From Hydrolagus colliei (Eukaryota), in the NCBI GenBank assembly GCA_035084275.1, contig CM068748.1:15748001-15812000 (forward strand): 64,000 bases of DNA, read 5' to 3'. This document shows positions 12,701 through 25,700 of this stretch, piece after piece. The position numbers and the translations under genes are program-made. Under the pieces are notes generated by a model, which saw only the letters and a list, made by a program, of their open reading frames with translations, ran no database searches and was not told where the DNA came from. The first letter of the stretch is position 1. Each line of letters starts with the position of its first letter.

Positions 12701-15700
12701 CAGTGTCTCAAAAACAGCCAAGAAGTAACGGAAAGACAAACTGCATCTGGGGAATTGTTGGCTAAGACACGCCCTTCACCTGAGTTAGTTTGAAATCAGT
12801 TGACAATTGCTTTCAAGATGGGCGGATCATTTGAATTACTGGTTGTGAATGGTGTACTGTAGGTTTGTGCAGATGGTTTTTCATTTCATTGCATTTCATT
12901 TCCTTCATGACTATTTTTGAGGGTTCCAAATTAGAGAATATAAATTAAACTATAGGCACTGAGGTTGCAGAAGCTGCGTATCTTATGGGGAAGTATTTTT
13001 AAATGGTCTTTTTCTGTATATTTTCATGATTGTGTACCAAAAACAAATAACAGCACAATGTATAAAATAACAAGCTGTGAAGAGAATTAAATAATGTAAT
13101 TTAGTTACTTGATGCACTGGAGCTTTGTTATGTCTTTGTTAGAATTTGGGTGATTGAATTACAGGGAATAGATAAGTCTTGAAACTCTATCTTGATAATG
13201 TTTCTGTTCTTACAGTTTAACTGTACGGCCTGAATGTTCAGCCAACAAAAATAGGTGTTTGGTTTCAATTTGGATGGGAGCAGAGAGGTGATTTTATCCG
13301 TGTTCATTTTTTTTGCTCGGAGCAGTGTGTCCTGTGAAGCTCTTTGAGAAGTCTCAACAATGTGATAAGGTGCTATGTAAAATGAAAGGATTATCATTAT
13401 ATTATTATTGTTACTTATAAATGGAAGCAGTGGGTCTCAATCCTTCCTGAAATAGGTGTGAGAGGCTTCACCCTTTGCCAGGGCAGAAACTTGAATTGAA
13501 TGTCTCAGTGACAGCCAAATTCCAGAGTAGGAACAAGCTCTCTTCTTCTCCCCCTCCCGTTGTCCAATATGCTTTTAAACTTGGACTGGTGGGGAAGCTG
13601 GTTTATCTTGCTGATTGGAAAGCAAACACCATTTCTTCGCTCTTTTATGCACTCTTGCATGATGCAAAAGACTGAAAAGACAGTATTGTGCTTGTTACGA
13701 AAATCTAGGTACCCACTATTGGTGGTGGGTGGACAGACTGGAAAAAAAAAAGTATTGGAAATGGCTCGCGGACATCATCTTCCATGCGGGCCAGTCCAGA
13801 ATCTGTCAGTATATGTACCTCATTCTCATAAAACTCCAAATGTTTTACCCTTGACAGATAAGCATAGATAAGTGTGGCCAGGCAGATGCACTTCTTGTGT
13901 AGAGGGAGTAACAGTCACAAAGACTTGCCTCTCGGGTAAAACTATCTCTTCCGTTTCCCCTCCCCCACAGAAAACTCAGGTCAAATACCTGGGGAAAGTC
14001 AAACAATATATAGACAGCAAAAAAGTAGCTGGTTCCTTTCCACCTAATCTACCTCCAGTCCCTAACCCCCTTATCTTGTAAAAGCCCAAGACAACTATGG
14101 CTTCATATTAAATTGGTTAGTGGAGAGATTTGACCAAATGTTTACAGCAATCGGTATTAGGCCCTTCTTCAGCGCAGTGTCAGTGTTGCATGAGAATTTT
14201 TGCTCCAATATCATGAACGTTTCTTTTTTTGTTATTCCAGCACATTGCACAGCCACCTCCGAAATGACCAGTCTCAGCTGAAGGAGGAAATGGAAGCCAT
14301 CAGGAGAGAGAACACCCAGTTGCTAAGGGACCATAACCATGTACAACAGACTTGTGAAGAGCTAAAGCGGCTTTATGAGGAGGATCAGAAGGAGATAACT
14401 GACTTGCGGTATCAACAGCAACAAGTAGGTGTTATGCACACAATCATACAAAAACTTCAATTCCAAATAACTAAGTTAAGGATAGAAATGTAAGAAGGGG
14501 GAAACTTAATAAGCAGAAGAAGGCCATTCGACCTATTAAATCTGCACTGACTCACGGAGCAAAGAGATCAATTTAATCCCACAGTCTACCTGTCTTGCTT
14601 TATCTGCCTACCCCCGCACTCACATTTCAGATATTTTGTCCACCCATAGTCATTTCCCACAGATGGGGACAGTCTCAATGTGCATAATTTGTCACATTCT
14701 GCAGTCTTGACATACTGTCTGTGCTGCCATTTCGTACTCTATATTTAATGCATTTAAACACTCATTTATTTCTTCATTTTCATTTATTGAGTTTCTGAAC
14801 AAATTCAAATGTTGCCTTATAATTACCAGCTTTTTACTGTGAGCAGATGAACAGACTGCGGCAATTGATTTTTTTTCCCCCATCTGCATCCTGAAGGTAT
14901 TCCCCAGGAAGTGTATCATCGAGTGACCTGCTTGATGGCTCACTGTCAATTCTGTCCTTCCTGCTGTCCTGATATTTGACCACTCATGTGTTGGACGAAT
15001 CAGAGCTGTACAGGTGCAATTATGCTAATTTAAGAAATAAACGAGGGTCTAATGTTCTTCGACATTGCAATTTCCTTGTCAGCTTCTTGATCCATGTTGT
15101 GATTCATAATAATCTTTGGATTTGATGCCTTATAGACGTCTCAAAGCACTACACAGGATGTACTATAAAGTGGATTAGAGTTTAGAGTACATCCTGGACG
15201 AAATGTGTCAAGCAGTTGTACACAGTAATGTCCCACAATCATTGAGTGAGTGACCTAATGTATTTTAAAGGATTGTTGTACAGGATCAAGATTTCTAATT
15301 AAATAATGGAGAAAACAGGGACAATATGCTTTGAAATGAATGATGTGTGGATCAATAATATCCAAATTAGACTGCAAATTAAACAGAAAAATATCCAAAT
15401 GGTTGGGTGGTTTTGAATTGAAGAACTGGCAGCTGGATTGATAGAGGACTGAACTCGATTTGGGATCAATGTTTAAATCCCAGTTTTTACTGACCTCAGA
15501 ACGTGACTTAAATAATCACTGGATTATTTTGCTTGGTAATAGGAATGTCTTGTGGTCTGCCATTGAAAGGAGAAAACAATCACAAACTAACAGCCTCCCG
15601 AATATGTTATTACACTTCAGTTATTACGGCAATATTAACTTAAATATAGCTGTTTCATTACAGGCAATCTAAATCTAATTTGTTGACTGAAACACAAGGA

Positions 15701-18700
15701 AGCAAGAAGATAACATAATTGGTCAAATCATACAATAACTATTATGCCAAGGGAAAGAGCTGATGTCCCTTCAGCATCAAAGTAAAGTGTTGTTCACCAT
15801 GCTGACTGAATAGAACTTGGTCAAGATTTATTATTTAGTTATTTACTTAAACCTTCACTTTATCTTGCCATCGCATTGTACATTGAGAGAAACTTCTATA
15901 GTTTATCTTTACGAAATGTTGCTGCTTTTTAAACATTTAATGGCTTTCAAAGAAAATTGGAAGGAAAGATTGAAGGAAAGATCCATTAATGGTATGATTA
16001 AAAGTTTGGGGTAAGGTGAAGAAGAAGAACAACAAAATTATGTCGCGCTTTTCATGTAAGGAGGACGTCCCAAGATGCTGGATGGGATTGTAAGAATTAT
16101 GAGTATCACAGTGATGAGAATATTTTAAACTTTTGCAACATTGGTTGAAAGAGCTATTAGTTTGAAGCAATTACCCACTCATTAAAAAGGTGCAAGGCTC
16201 GATATTCTTAATTGTGTAATCTGACAAATTTCGGTTTTGATGGGAAACTTGCTATTTGTGAAAGGAATTGAATAATTAATTGCACAAATGGGTTATTGTT
16301 CAGTATAGATTCTGTAAAGTTTCAGAGAAGCCTGTTCTACAATACATACCACATAAATTGTAAATTACTGTTCTATTATTTGGCTGGGCCTGCCAACTGT
16401 ATTTTTTTCTGTTCAAATGATTAATTAAACTGAAACAATAAAGCTTTATTATTTTTGTAAGAATCTGCATGAAGCTGCAAATTTGTAAGAGAACAGCCTT
16501 GAAGAATAAGTAGGACTTTTCTTTACATCTAAAATGCATTTCCAGTGCCATATCTTCCCTCTTTTTAGGGCTGCATGTACCAAATGCAATTGTCCAGTCA
16601 AGCGCACCAGCCTGCTCCCTGTTCTTTCATACAATTTTGCAAATGATCATCTGTAGGTGTGGGAGATTCATGGAGGAAGAGAGGAGAGAGTGAAAGAGGA
16701 CCCACTCACCCCTCCTCTTCCTGGTTCCACTGAGTGCATCTCCATGACATCCTGGCTATATTTGGGATCTTGCTGTGTGATTTTGTTGCCTTGTTATTCT
16801 ATGAAAGCATCACACTGTTAACAGTATCACCAGTCTGTCTACAGTTGGTTACAATAACTGGTATTGTGGTTTGTCAAAAAACACAGACCAAATTCATTCT
16901 GGACAGTATTTTAATTTGTTTAGAGTTAATATAACATTACTACATGAAAATGAACTCTGCAACAATTGACACCCTTTAGTTTAGTCACTATTTACAATGC
17001 GCCTTTTATTCCAGTTTCTTTTGTTAAGTCAGCTAATTTTTACGGTTCTCCAGTGAGGCATAATACCCATCGTGACAGCAATACAGTATTTGAAAATGCT
17101 TGTAAGGTGTATTCTAAATTTGCAGTAGAGGATCATTTTGTAAGTGTAGCTTTCATTAAAAGTGCTCATTCTGTTAAAATCAATACACCAATAAATTGCC
17201 TGAGCTCAGTTACAATGGTTATAAAAAAACTATAAATATTTCAACCAGCGTTTTTGTAGTTGTGGAGGTCTTTGCAAATAATCAGTTTTTAATCATTACA
17301 AATAGAATGCTAATATTGCATTGTATGATTTGATGCAAATAATTTCCTTCCCTTGCTTTTAAAAATGGTGTCTTTAAGATGAACTGATAATGGTGCTTCT
17401 TTTCTCCTACACCCCTGCCCCCACCCAAAAAAGCCATGCTGATGCACCAGGCTGAATTTTTTCTCAGAAGAGCTGTAATAGATGACATTTTTCCTACAAG
17501 TCTGAGACACTTAAAGGCCAATGGAATGATTGAATAAAGCCTGCTTATTCAGGTTCACAGCTTCTATTCATGTAGGACAATGGTACTTGTTTGATGAATG
17601 CATTTTAAGTTCAGATTAGAAAAGGAAAGCTCTTGCAGGATGAATGGAGTGAACATTTTGGAACTATATATAAATGTTTGGCTGACACATCTCCAAGGGG
17701 GAGATATTTTTATATAGAAAAGTTCATGGTTTGGAAAGAAAGAGCTGAAGCAGCAATGTAGCGAAGGTTCTTGGAAATGTTAAGCCCATGGTTCATTTGG
17801 TTCATGAAAAGAGCTGTTTGTTAAACTGACTACTGTACATTAAAGTAAGTAAAGGTATGAGTGGAACTGCTTTCGTGTGACTGTGAAAACAATTTTTGAA
17901 CTTCAAGTTAAAGCTTTAACATTCAAAAGTGAAGTTTATGCAAACAGAGTAACCACTTGGCAGGCTTGGGGCTCAAAGGTCACTAAACTGCACAAGTGGA
18001 GCTTTGTGCTCCTCGGGTTTGCCCTTCACACTTGGAGTTTCTGAAGCCATTGGACTATTTATATTTTGCGGATACTTTGTGCAATTCCATCAGTTGGATT
18101 TTATACACTAATGAAAATTAAACCTTCCAAAATAAGTATTAAAATGTAGTCATACATCATGCACAAAGAAAACACTGATGTGGAATCGGCTGTTGTGCAT
18201 ATATAAATACAATGCATGTTGTGTACATATCAGTTAAGCTTAATTATTTATTTACTATTGGCTATTCCCAGGATAGTGGAAAGCATCATGACGTGCTTGC
18301 ACTCATACCATTGATGCCTGTAGCATTTTAAACTATTTCCCTATGTATAATTTAACAAATTCTTCTGGACATTTGATCTTTGAGACTTGAATGTAATTGT
18401 TGCAATTAAAAAAAAAAAAAAACTGCTTATTTCTACCATTTCAGAACATTCAGAGCAGCAGCTCGCCCTCTCTAACAGTGAACTGGAAGTGCTAAGTGAA
18501 CTCAAACCGTTCACCGCTCATCAAACAAGCCCATAAGTATCTTCCCCTCGCCCCCCCGGACACAAAGAAAATAAAGTCACCATATTAATTGTTCAGAAAT
18601 AACTTATAAAATCAGCCAAAATATACAATGAACTTTGGAAATGAGTTTGCCCTTTACAAGCCACTTGCACTTACATAACTGATCTTGCTGGTGATTGTTT

Positions 18701-19698
18701 GTTTTGCTAAAGACTTTGATCATGTGTCATCTGATTCCTCCCATATGCATGAGATAATATAAGTTCAGTATATTTATTTCTGTTTTTATGGTTCCATCTG
18801 AATGCTTATTCAGATAAATAATTATCTTAACTTTAGTGTAATGTAACAAAGAGCTATGCTAATAATATTATTTACTTAGATGTATAACATTGGATTATTT
18901 CTTGTGAGTTCAATGAAGTTTGGTTGCAATACTGCTCTTAAGCCAGACCAGAACTGCTTGTGGTTTCATCACAAGCCTCGAGGTGAAAGAAATACAAAGA
19001 AAGCCACCAAGGTGCAGTCCAGCCCAATGTGGCAGTGCAGAGGAGAGCAAGGACGATGATCCCCAGTATTTGAGGAATGAGCTATGAGCAGCAGTTTTAC
19101 AAACTAGTGGTCTTCAATCTTGAAAAGAGATAAAATTACTTGCATTTGATAGAGCGCCTTACCACATATTTGATTCAACTTCACGTGAAGCGCTTTGCAG
19201 AATAAATTCTAAAGTGAATTGACTGTATATTTTGGTGGCGAAGCTCAACAATTTCTTGAAGAGATTATTAGCCCCTGAGAAAATTATTTGCCAGTCGACT
19301 AACAACCAAGTTGTTACCCACTGCCAAATAAACAGGTGTGTGGAGTAAGAAAACTTACCCAACTTTCTGCCCTGCCCAGGAATCAAACTTCGGTCCTCTC
19401 ACTTGTGAAGCGATTGTTCTAACCATGAAGGTGCAGAACTCCACAATAAGATTCCTATCAGATGTCCCATAGCTACAGTGGTATACAAAAGTTTACATGG
19501 AATGTGAACTTAAACCAAGAAGAATGCTTTTGGATCCAACAAGACAGCAGAGCAAAAGGACACAGGGTTAGAGCTGCCATGGGCAATTTCAGTGCAGACA
19601 CCACGAAACATTTGTTTACCCACAGAGTGATTAACAACAGCAAAAAGCTACCGAATAGGGTGGTTGAGGACCATACGCTCGACATTTTATTTCTATAT

Positions 19699-19732
<34 letters not shown>

Positions 19733-22700
19733 GATTGATGCTGTGAAAGGATGGTGATGTAGATTTTCTGGAAGGATGAGATCATAGGCTGAATAACCTT
19801 CATATGAACCTCTAATCTCGTGAAGAAAGATTAAGTGGGTTCAGTCGAAGAGCCTCATCCATGCCTCTTGTGATCTATTGATTACTACAACAGCAACAAC
19901 TTCGATTTGTATAGCACCCTCCACGCTGGGCGGCGTCTCAGAGCGCTTCACAATAGCAGATCCTGGGACTGAGCTGGGGGCAGGGGTAGAAAGGTGACCA
20001 AAGGTGATTAGATGCTCTATTACTTTTGAGAGAAACACCATCTAGTGCCTGACATGGAAAACTGCAGGTTTTGGCTTTAGGAACTTCATGACTGTTGGGA
20101 TTTAAGAAAAAATATGTTACTGCACCTCTAATTATCGACTTTCAGTTGTTATCTTTGCTGTATTTCTTGCAAAGTCATTTAGCTCTCATTTTAATCTCAC
20201 ATGGTACATTTTGCTCTCATTGAATCACTGATTGATGGTAGTGACTGAGATTAAGTAAAGATATATTAGGTTTAATCACCTAGCCTTATAAATGCTGCAG
20301 TGATCTGCAAACACAGTGAGAATTTTTTAATGTTTCATTTTTAATGCACCATTTAATGCTTCAAATGAAATGCCTATGGGGAGATTTTCTCTTTTTTTAA
20401 GACAAACTTCAAGGCCACAGTTGACCTTTATCCTTGATGATCTTAACACATTAATTCAATTAAAGAAAATGGCACTTACCGCTTAGTCTACTTTATAAAT
20501 ACTGTATATCAAATGTATTGTCAGCCATACCTATGAACTTTGAGTGATTTATGAGATGTGATTGTTTTTCTTTTGGATTTAAAAATAGTAAGTATGAGCA
20601 AAGTAATAAGCAATTTGCTTTTTATTTAATTTTTAATGCACATCCGCTGCATGCTAAACTGAATTTATACTGCAGGAAGGTGGGTCAAATCAGCTCAAGA
20701 GTTGGTTTCATGAGTGAGGCTCCAAATGAATTGGTGTATTTGACAGCTGATTTGTCCTGCAGACTGCAATTCGACACTTAAGCATCAGCTGTTCATTTTT
20801 CGTTTTCAAACCAGGCATCTTTATAGTATTTCTGATTGATGGTTGAGCCTAGTGATCATTACTATGAAATTAGGGGAAATCTTATGCTATGGACATGGAG
20901 TCATTTGAGGCTGTTTGCGTAGAACTCTTTGTAAACCTTAGAGAGATGAGGCTGACATCCTATCTGACTAAACTAGATTTGAACCAGGTTTCCAATCCAA
21001 ACAGCAGGTTGAGTTGTATGGAGTGAAAAGCCTTTTCTCATTCCTGCATTCTTTTCTTGCATGTGTTTGTGTTTTCTAAGGCGAAAGGATTGTATTACAG
21101 GCTGCTGTATGCCACATAATCCCTATTAGAACTGTTAATTATTCAGCAATACCAGAGTAGAGTGTAAATGGGTATGACTGCAATTATTGATCATTTTTAG
21201 CTATGTGAAGTTGTGTGCCAAATTTGGTTGTTGGCATAGTGTAAATTAAAATATCCCTTTTACAGTAATGCCTTGTTATGAGATGCTTTGGTAATGATGC
21301 TAATTTGGTAATAGAGCTATTGGGGTGTGGTCCTCATTTACAGCACATGCAACAACAACAAAATAAAAACAACAAAATGACATTTATAGAGCGCCTTTCA
21401 CTTCGGGAGGACGTCCCAGGTGGCCTACAATGTGCAATGCGCAGATGCTTTGACCGAATCACCTGAAAGTCAGCTTTGTCTTTCAGCGCAGTAACTGGCC
21501 AACATTAAGTTACATTGATGTATCCCAGCCTCCATCACTCTTGAGGCACTAACCTGCATGAAGAACACTATATAAATGCAAACTGTAGTTGTAGTTATAG
21601 GAGAGGTTCCAATTTAATGCAGTTGACCACCACATTATAACAAGGCTCAACCCAATTTGCTTGTCCACTTATTTTAATATTCCTTTGTATTCCATGTATG
21701 CAATGATCGCTCACAGATAAAAAATAAACATTTATTGAAGAATAATTTACCTCCATTCGGTTAACTCATATAGCAATAAATGAGCCTCTGATAGGAGCTT
21801 TCAGTGGTTACAATTAAACAATTTGTTGATGTTATTAGTTGTTTAATATTATATTGTGGCTGGCACTGAAATGGAGATCTCCTGCAATCTGATTGCCTTC
21901 CTTGTTACTCAATGGCTGGTGTATTGCCTTGTTCATTAAACTAGCTGGAAAGGGGGAAATGGAGAACTGAACTTTTCTGTACTACTATATATACCAAATT
22001 TGTAAGCCACTTAATTCTATACGTGACATTTCCTTAACCAAAAGAGGAGACAAATGATAAGATAAGTAAACTATTTGTTGTATGTCTTGTTGATTTGTCC
22101 TCTGTGAGGCAGTTTACCTCTGGAAAAAACCTGAGAAAGATAATATATGTTCAGGCAAATCATATTTCCATACATAAAGATCCAGTACCCCCTCCCATCA
22201 AGAATGATAAGCCAACAACTGAAACGGAAATAAACATAGGGGTACTGTACTAAGATAAGGCTATAATTTGTCGTAATAAAAGCTATTAGTGCACTATGGA
22301 GCAATATTTGGGAGGAATCTCACACATTGGTAAAATTAAAGCCAAATGGATCAAAATAGTTGAAGTAAATAATATAAAATATCAAAGTAAATTTAAAGAT
22401 GGAAGTAGACAGTGCAAGTATTATTATTAAATACAGAAGTCTGAAATTTGAAAATGCATTCAATCCTTTCTGTCTATTTGCAGGTTATGAGAGAGAATGG
22501 TTCATCAGAGATTCTAAATAAATTATACGATACTGCAATGGACAAGTTAGAAGGCTTAAAAAAAGATTATGATGCACTAAGGAAACGGTACAATGAGAAA
22601 ATTGCCAATCATAACACTGACCTCAGTCGTCTGGAGCGGTTAGAGGAGGAGAATCGGCGCTTCCAGAAACAGAATGAAATACTGATGAAACAGACAGATG

Positions 22701-25700
22701 TTGCTGTTGTAGAGAAAACATCTGTACAGCAACAGTATTTATCCACGTTAAAGAGGTGAGGGGCTATTTTGATATGAAAAAGTCAGTGAAATGCTGATCT
22801 TTTGAGTTGATGCAATGCAATAAGCTAATTTTTTTGATTTGATTAACACTTGGAGGAGGTAAAGAGGGTTAGCCATTCTGTGTGCTTGCTTTCTCCACTG
22901 AAATTTCGGGTGTGGCTTGGATAGATGAGGTTTCAAATTTAGTAATAATAAAATATTTTTAACTGTTTGAAGCACAGCCACAAATACAAAAGCTCATTCT
23001 GAAAACCTCTTGTTTTCAGAGATAGCCTCACATTCATCCTACCATTAAATAAAAGTTTGAGATTTGAATCTGCTATGAATTGTGCATTTTTATATTAAAA
23101 CATTCTGTCTGCCATTGATTTAATATTCTTTCCATTTGATATATAGCACCTTATCACGTCTTCAATACTTCTCAAAACACTTCACAGTATATACTGTAAA
23201 GTGGAGTGACTTGTATTAATTAACATTTGTATTTAATATATAGTTTAATTACATCAGTGTCTCTGTTGTTAAATAGATGAACATCACAGCTAATTTGCTA
23301 CAGTAATGTCTCGCAAGCAGCAATGAAATTGAAGACTAATTCCTCTCTTAACAAAATGTTTAAGGTATGATTTGATACAGCAAGAACTGAGCAAGGCAAC
23401 GGTACAGAACAAAGAGCTCCAGAGGGAAATGGAACGGTTACAGACTGAGGTGACTCGATACAAGACATTGCAGCTGAAAGCAGTAAAGGACGCAGAGAAG
23501 TACAGGGAAGAGAGAGACACAGTGTTGAATGAGTATCGCTTGGTCATGAGCGAGAGAGACCAAGTACATAAGGAGATTGACAAGCTGCAGACAGAGCTGG
23601 AGTTAGCCCAGGGTCACCTGAAGAACACCTCCTCTGAGAGAAAAGTGGCTGGAGAAGAACTTGAAGCTCTACGACAGGTGAGATCACAATAGCAAGGCTA
23701 CATCCATGTAATTGCTTGTTCAATGAGCAATATGTGAAACGAACACTGAACTGGAGATAGTTTCTCTGATTTCTTACACCTGAGAGAGATGAAATAATTC
23801 AGCACGCATTTGAGGTTTACTGGCATTTAAATCTGCTGGCATTTAGTTTATACCAGTAAGACTCTTGATTGAAAATCTATTGATTTATTTAATCGGTAAT
23901 GTTTAAATTAATTTACAATAATAATCATTGCATTTGATACAACACCTTTGATATCAAAACATCTCAAGTTACTTGACATGGAAAGTGCAGCAGTACTTAT
24001 TTGAAGGTGAATAAGTTGAAAAATTATTTTGTAGATGGGAATCGGCGTGTCTTACTTCAGGGTATCAGAAGGCGTGCCCATTTGTGCTCCTTTTATTTAT
24101 TATTTAGGAATTCTACCACAAAATGTGACATTTTGTTTATGAAGATGGTTCAAAATATAATAAGCAACATTGCACAACAAATTCAATGGCTGATGTGCAG
24201 ATAGCCTAGATTTTATTTCATCTTTGTCACTGGAATCCAGTGCATTATTTGTTATGTTGTATTACCAGGCTGGTCTTTGTCGCCATTTAAAATTCCATTT
24301 TGTTTTGGTACAATGCCACCAAGCGGTCAGAATTGGAAGTGCAACATAATATTGGTCATAATAATTTAGAATAATAATCCTTGTACAGTATGTGATATAG
24401 CAGATTATGTTGTCAACGTCTCAAAGCACATAAGATACATTGTAAAGTGTAATAAGTAGTTGTAAACTAAATTTGCACTCTGCAATGTCCTATAAACAGC
24501 CATGAAGTGTGCCCTTTTTAAAATCTGGGGATTGTTGGCCAGTTCACAGGATAAAACTCTTTTTGAATAGTGCAAAATGCAAATGATAATTGTGTCTTGG
24601 GTTAAAGACTATGGTCTAAAAACCAAAGCAATTATCAATTTGTCTCTGTACAACATTATTAAAAATGATTTTTTTAGAAGTGAGAGCTACATAGGAATTC
24701 ATGTTTGTAATGTCTTAAGATGTTTTGTGCACTCTGACTAAACTACAGGAGCTTCATTCTGCATTGATGGAGCGTGACTGTGCTATCTGTGAAAGGAATG
24801 AACTGCTGGAGAAGTACTGCCATGAAGTGAAGGACAAAGCTGAAGCACAGAAGGAGCTTGATCAGGCATGCAAGGATATTGAGACTGTGAAGGAGGAGAG
24901 GGATGTTGCTCGGAAGGAAAGAACAGAAGCTATCATCCAGAGAGATCAGTTGCTACGGGAATACTACCAGGCCAGACAGGTGAGCTGCTGAAGCTGTGCT
25001 ACACTATAATATGTACAATACTTTGTCCCTTACCATTGCATGAGCTTCCGTCAACCTAAGGAATGGTTTAAGATGCAAATTTTCACTTTCTTGATGCACA
25101 TGTTCCAATTTTGAGAAACACATGAAATGAAATTATTTAAAATTAATTTTGCTGTCAGATATCTTCCCCCACTGACCTCTGGAGCCAGCCATGGGGAAAT
25201 TCTTGGATAAAGTGTCTGGTACCAGTGCAAATCCATTGCTTCTACAGTCAATTTATTGTCATTCATAGATCACCAAGGAAAGATAATTATGACTGGTTAA
25301 AAAAAAATAGTGGTCAACAACAATTTGCACTTAAATAGCGCACTCCACGCCAGGTCTCAGAGTACTTAACAGTGGTGGAGCCTGACTCAGAGCCAGTGGG
25401 TGGGAGGGGAGATTTGGGGCAGAGATGGACGTAAGCACGGTCGAAGAATAAGGTTTTCAGGCGGGGCTTGAATGGGAGGAGAGAGGGGCCAAGGCGGAGG
25501 TATTGAGGGAGAGTATTCCAGAGTTTGGGGGTGCAGTGGCTGAAAGCACGACTTCTGATGGTGGGTGCGAGGGACGAGCTGGAGGACGGTGCCGGTCAAG
25601 CAGAGACTGGGTGGTGGTTTGGGGAGTGAAGGGGTCGGAAAGGTAGGGAGGCGCCAGGGAGTGAGTGGATTTGAGCACAAGTGCGAGGAACTTGAAGTCG

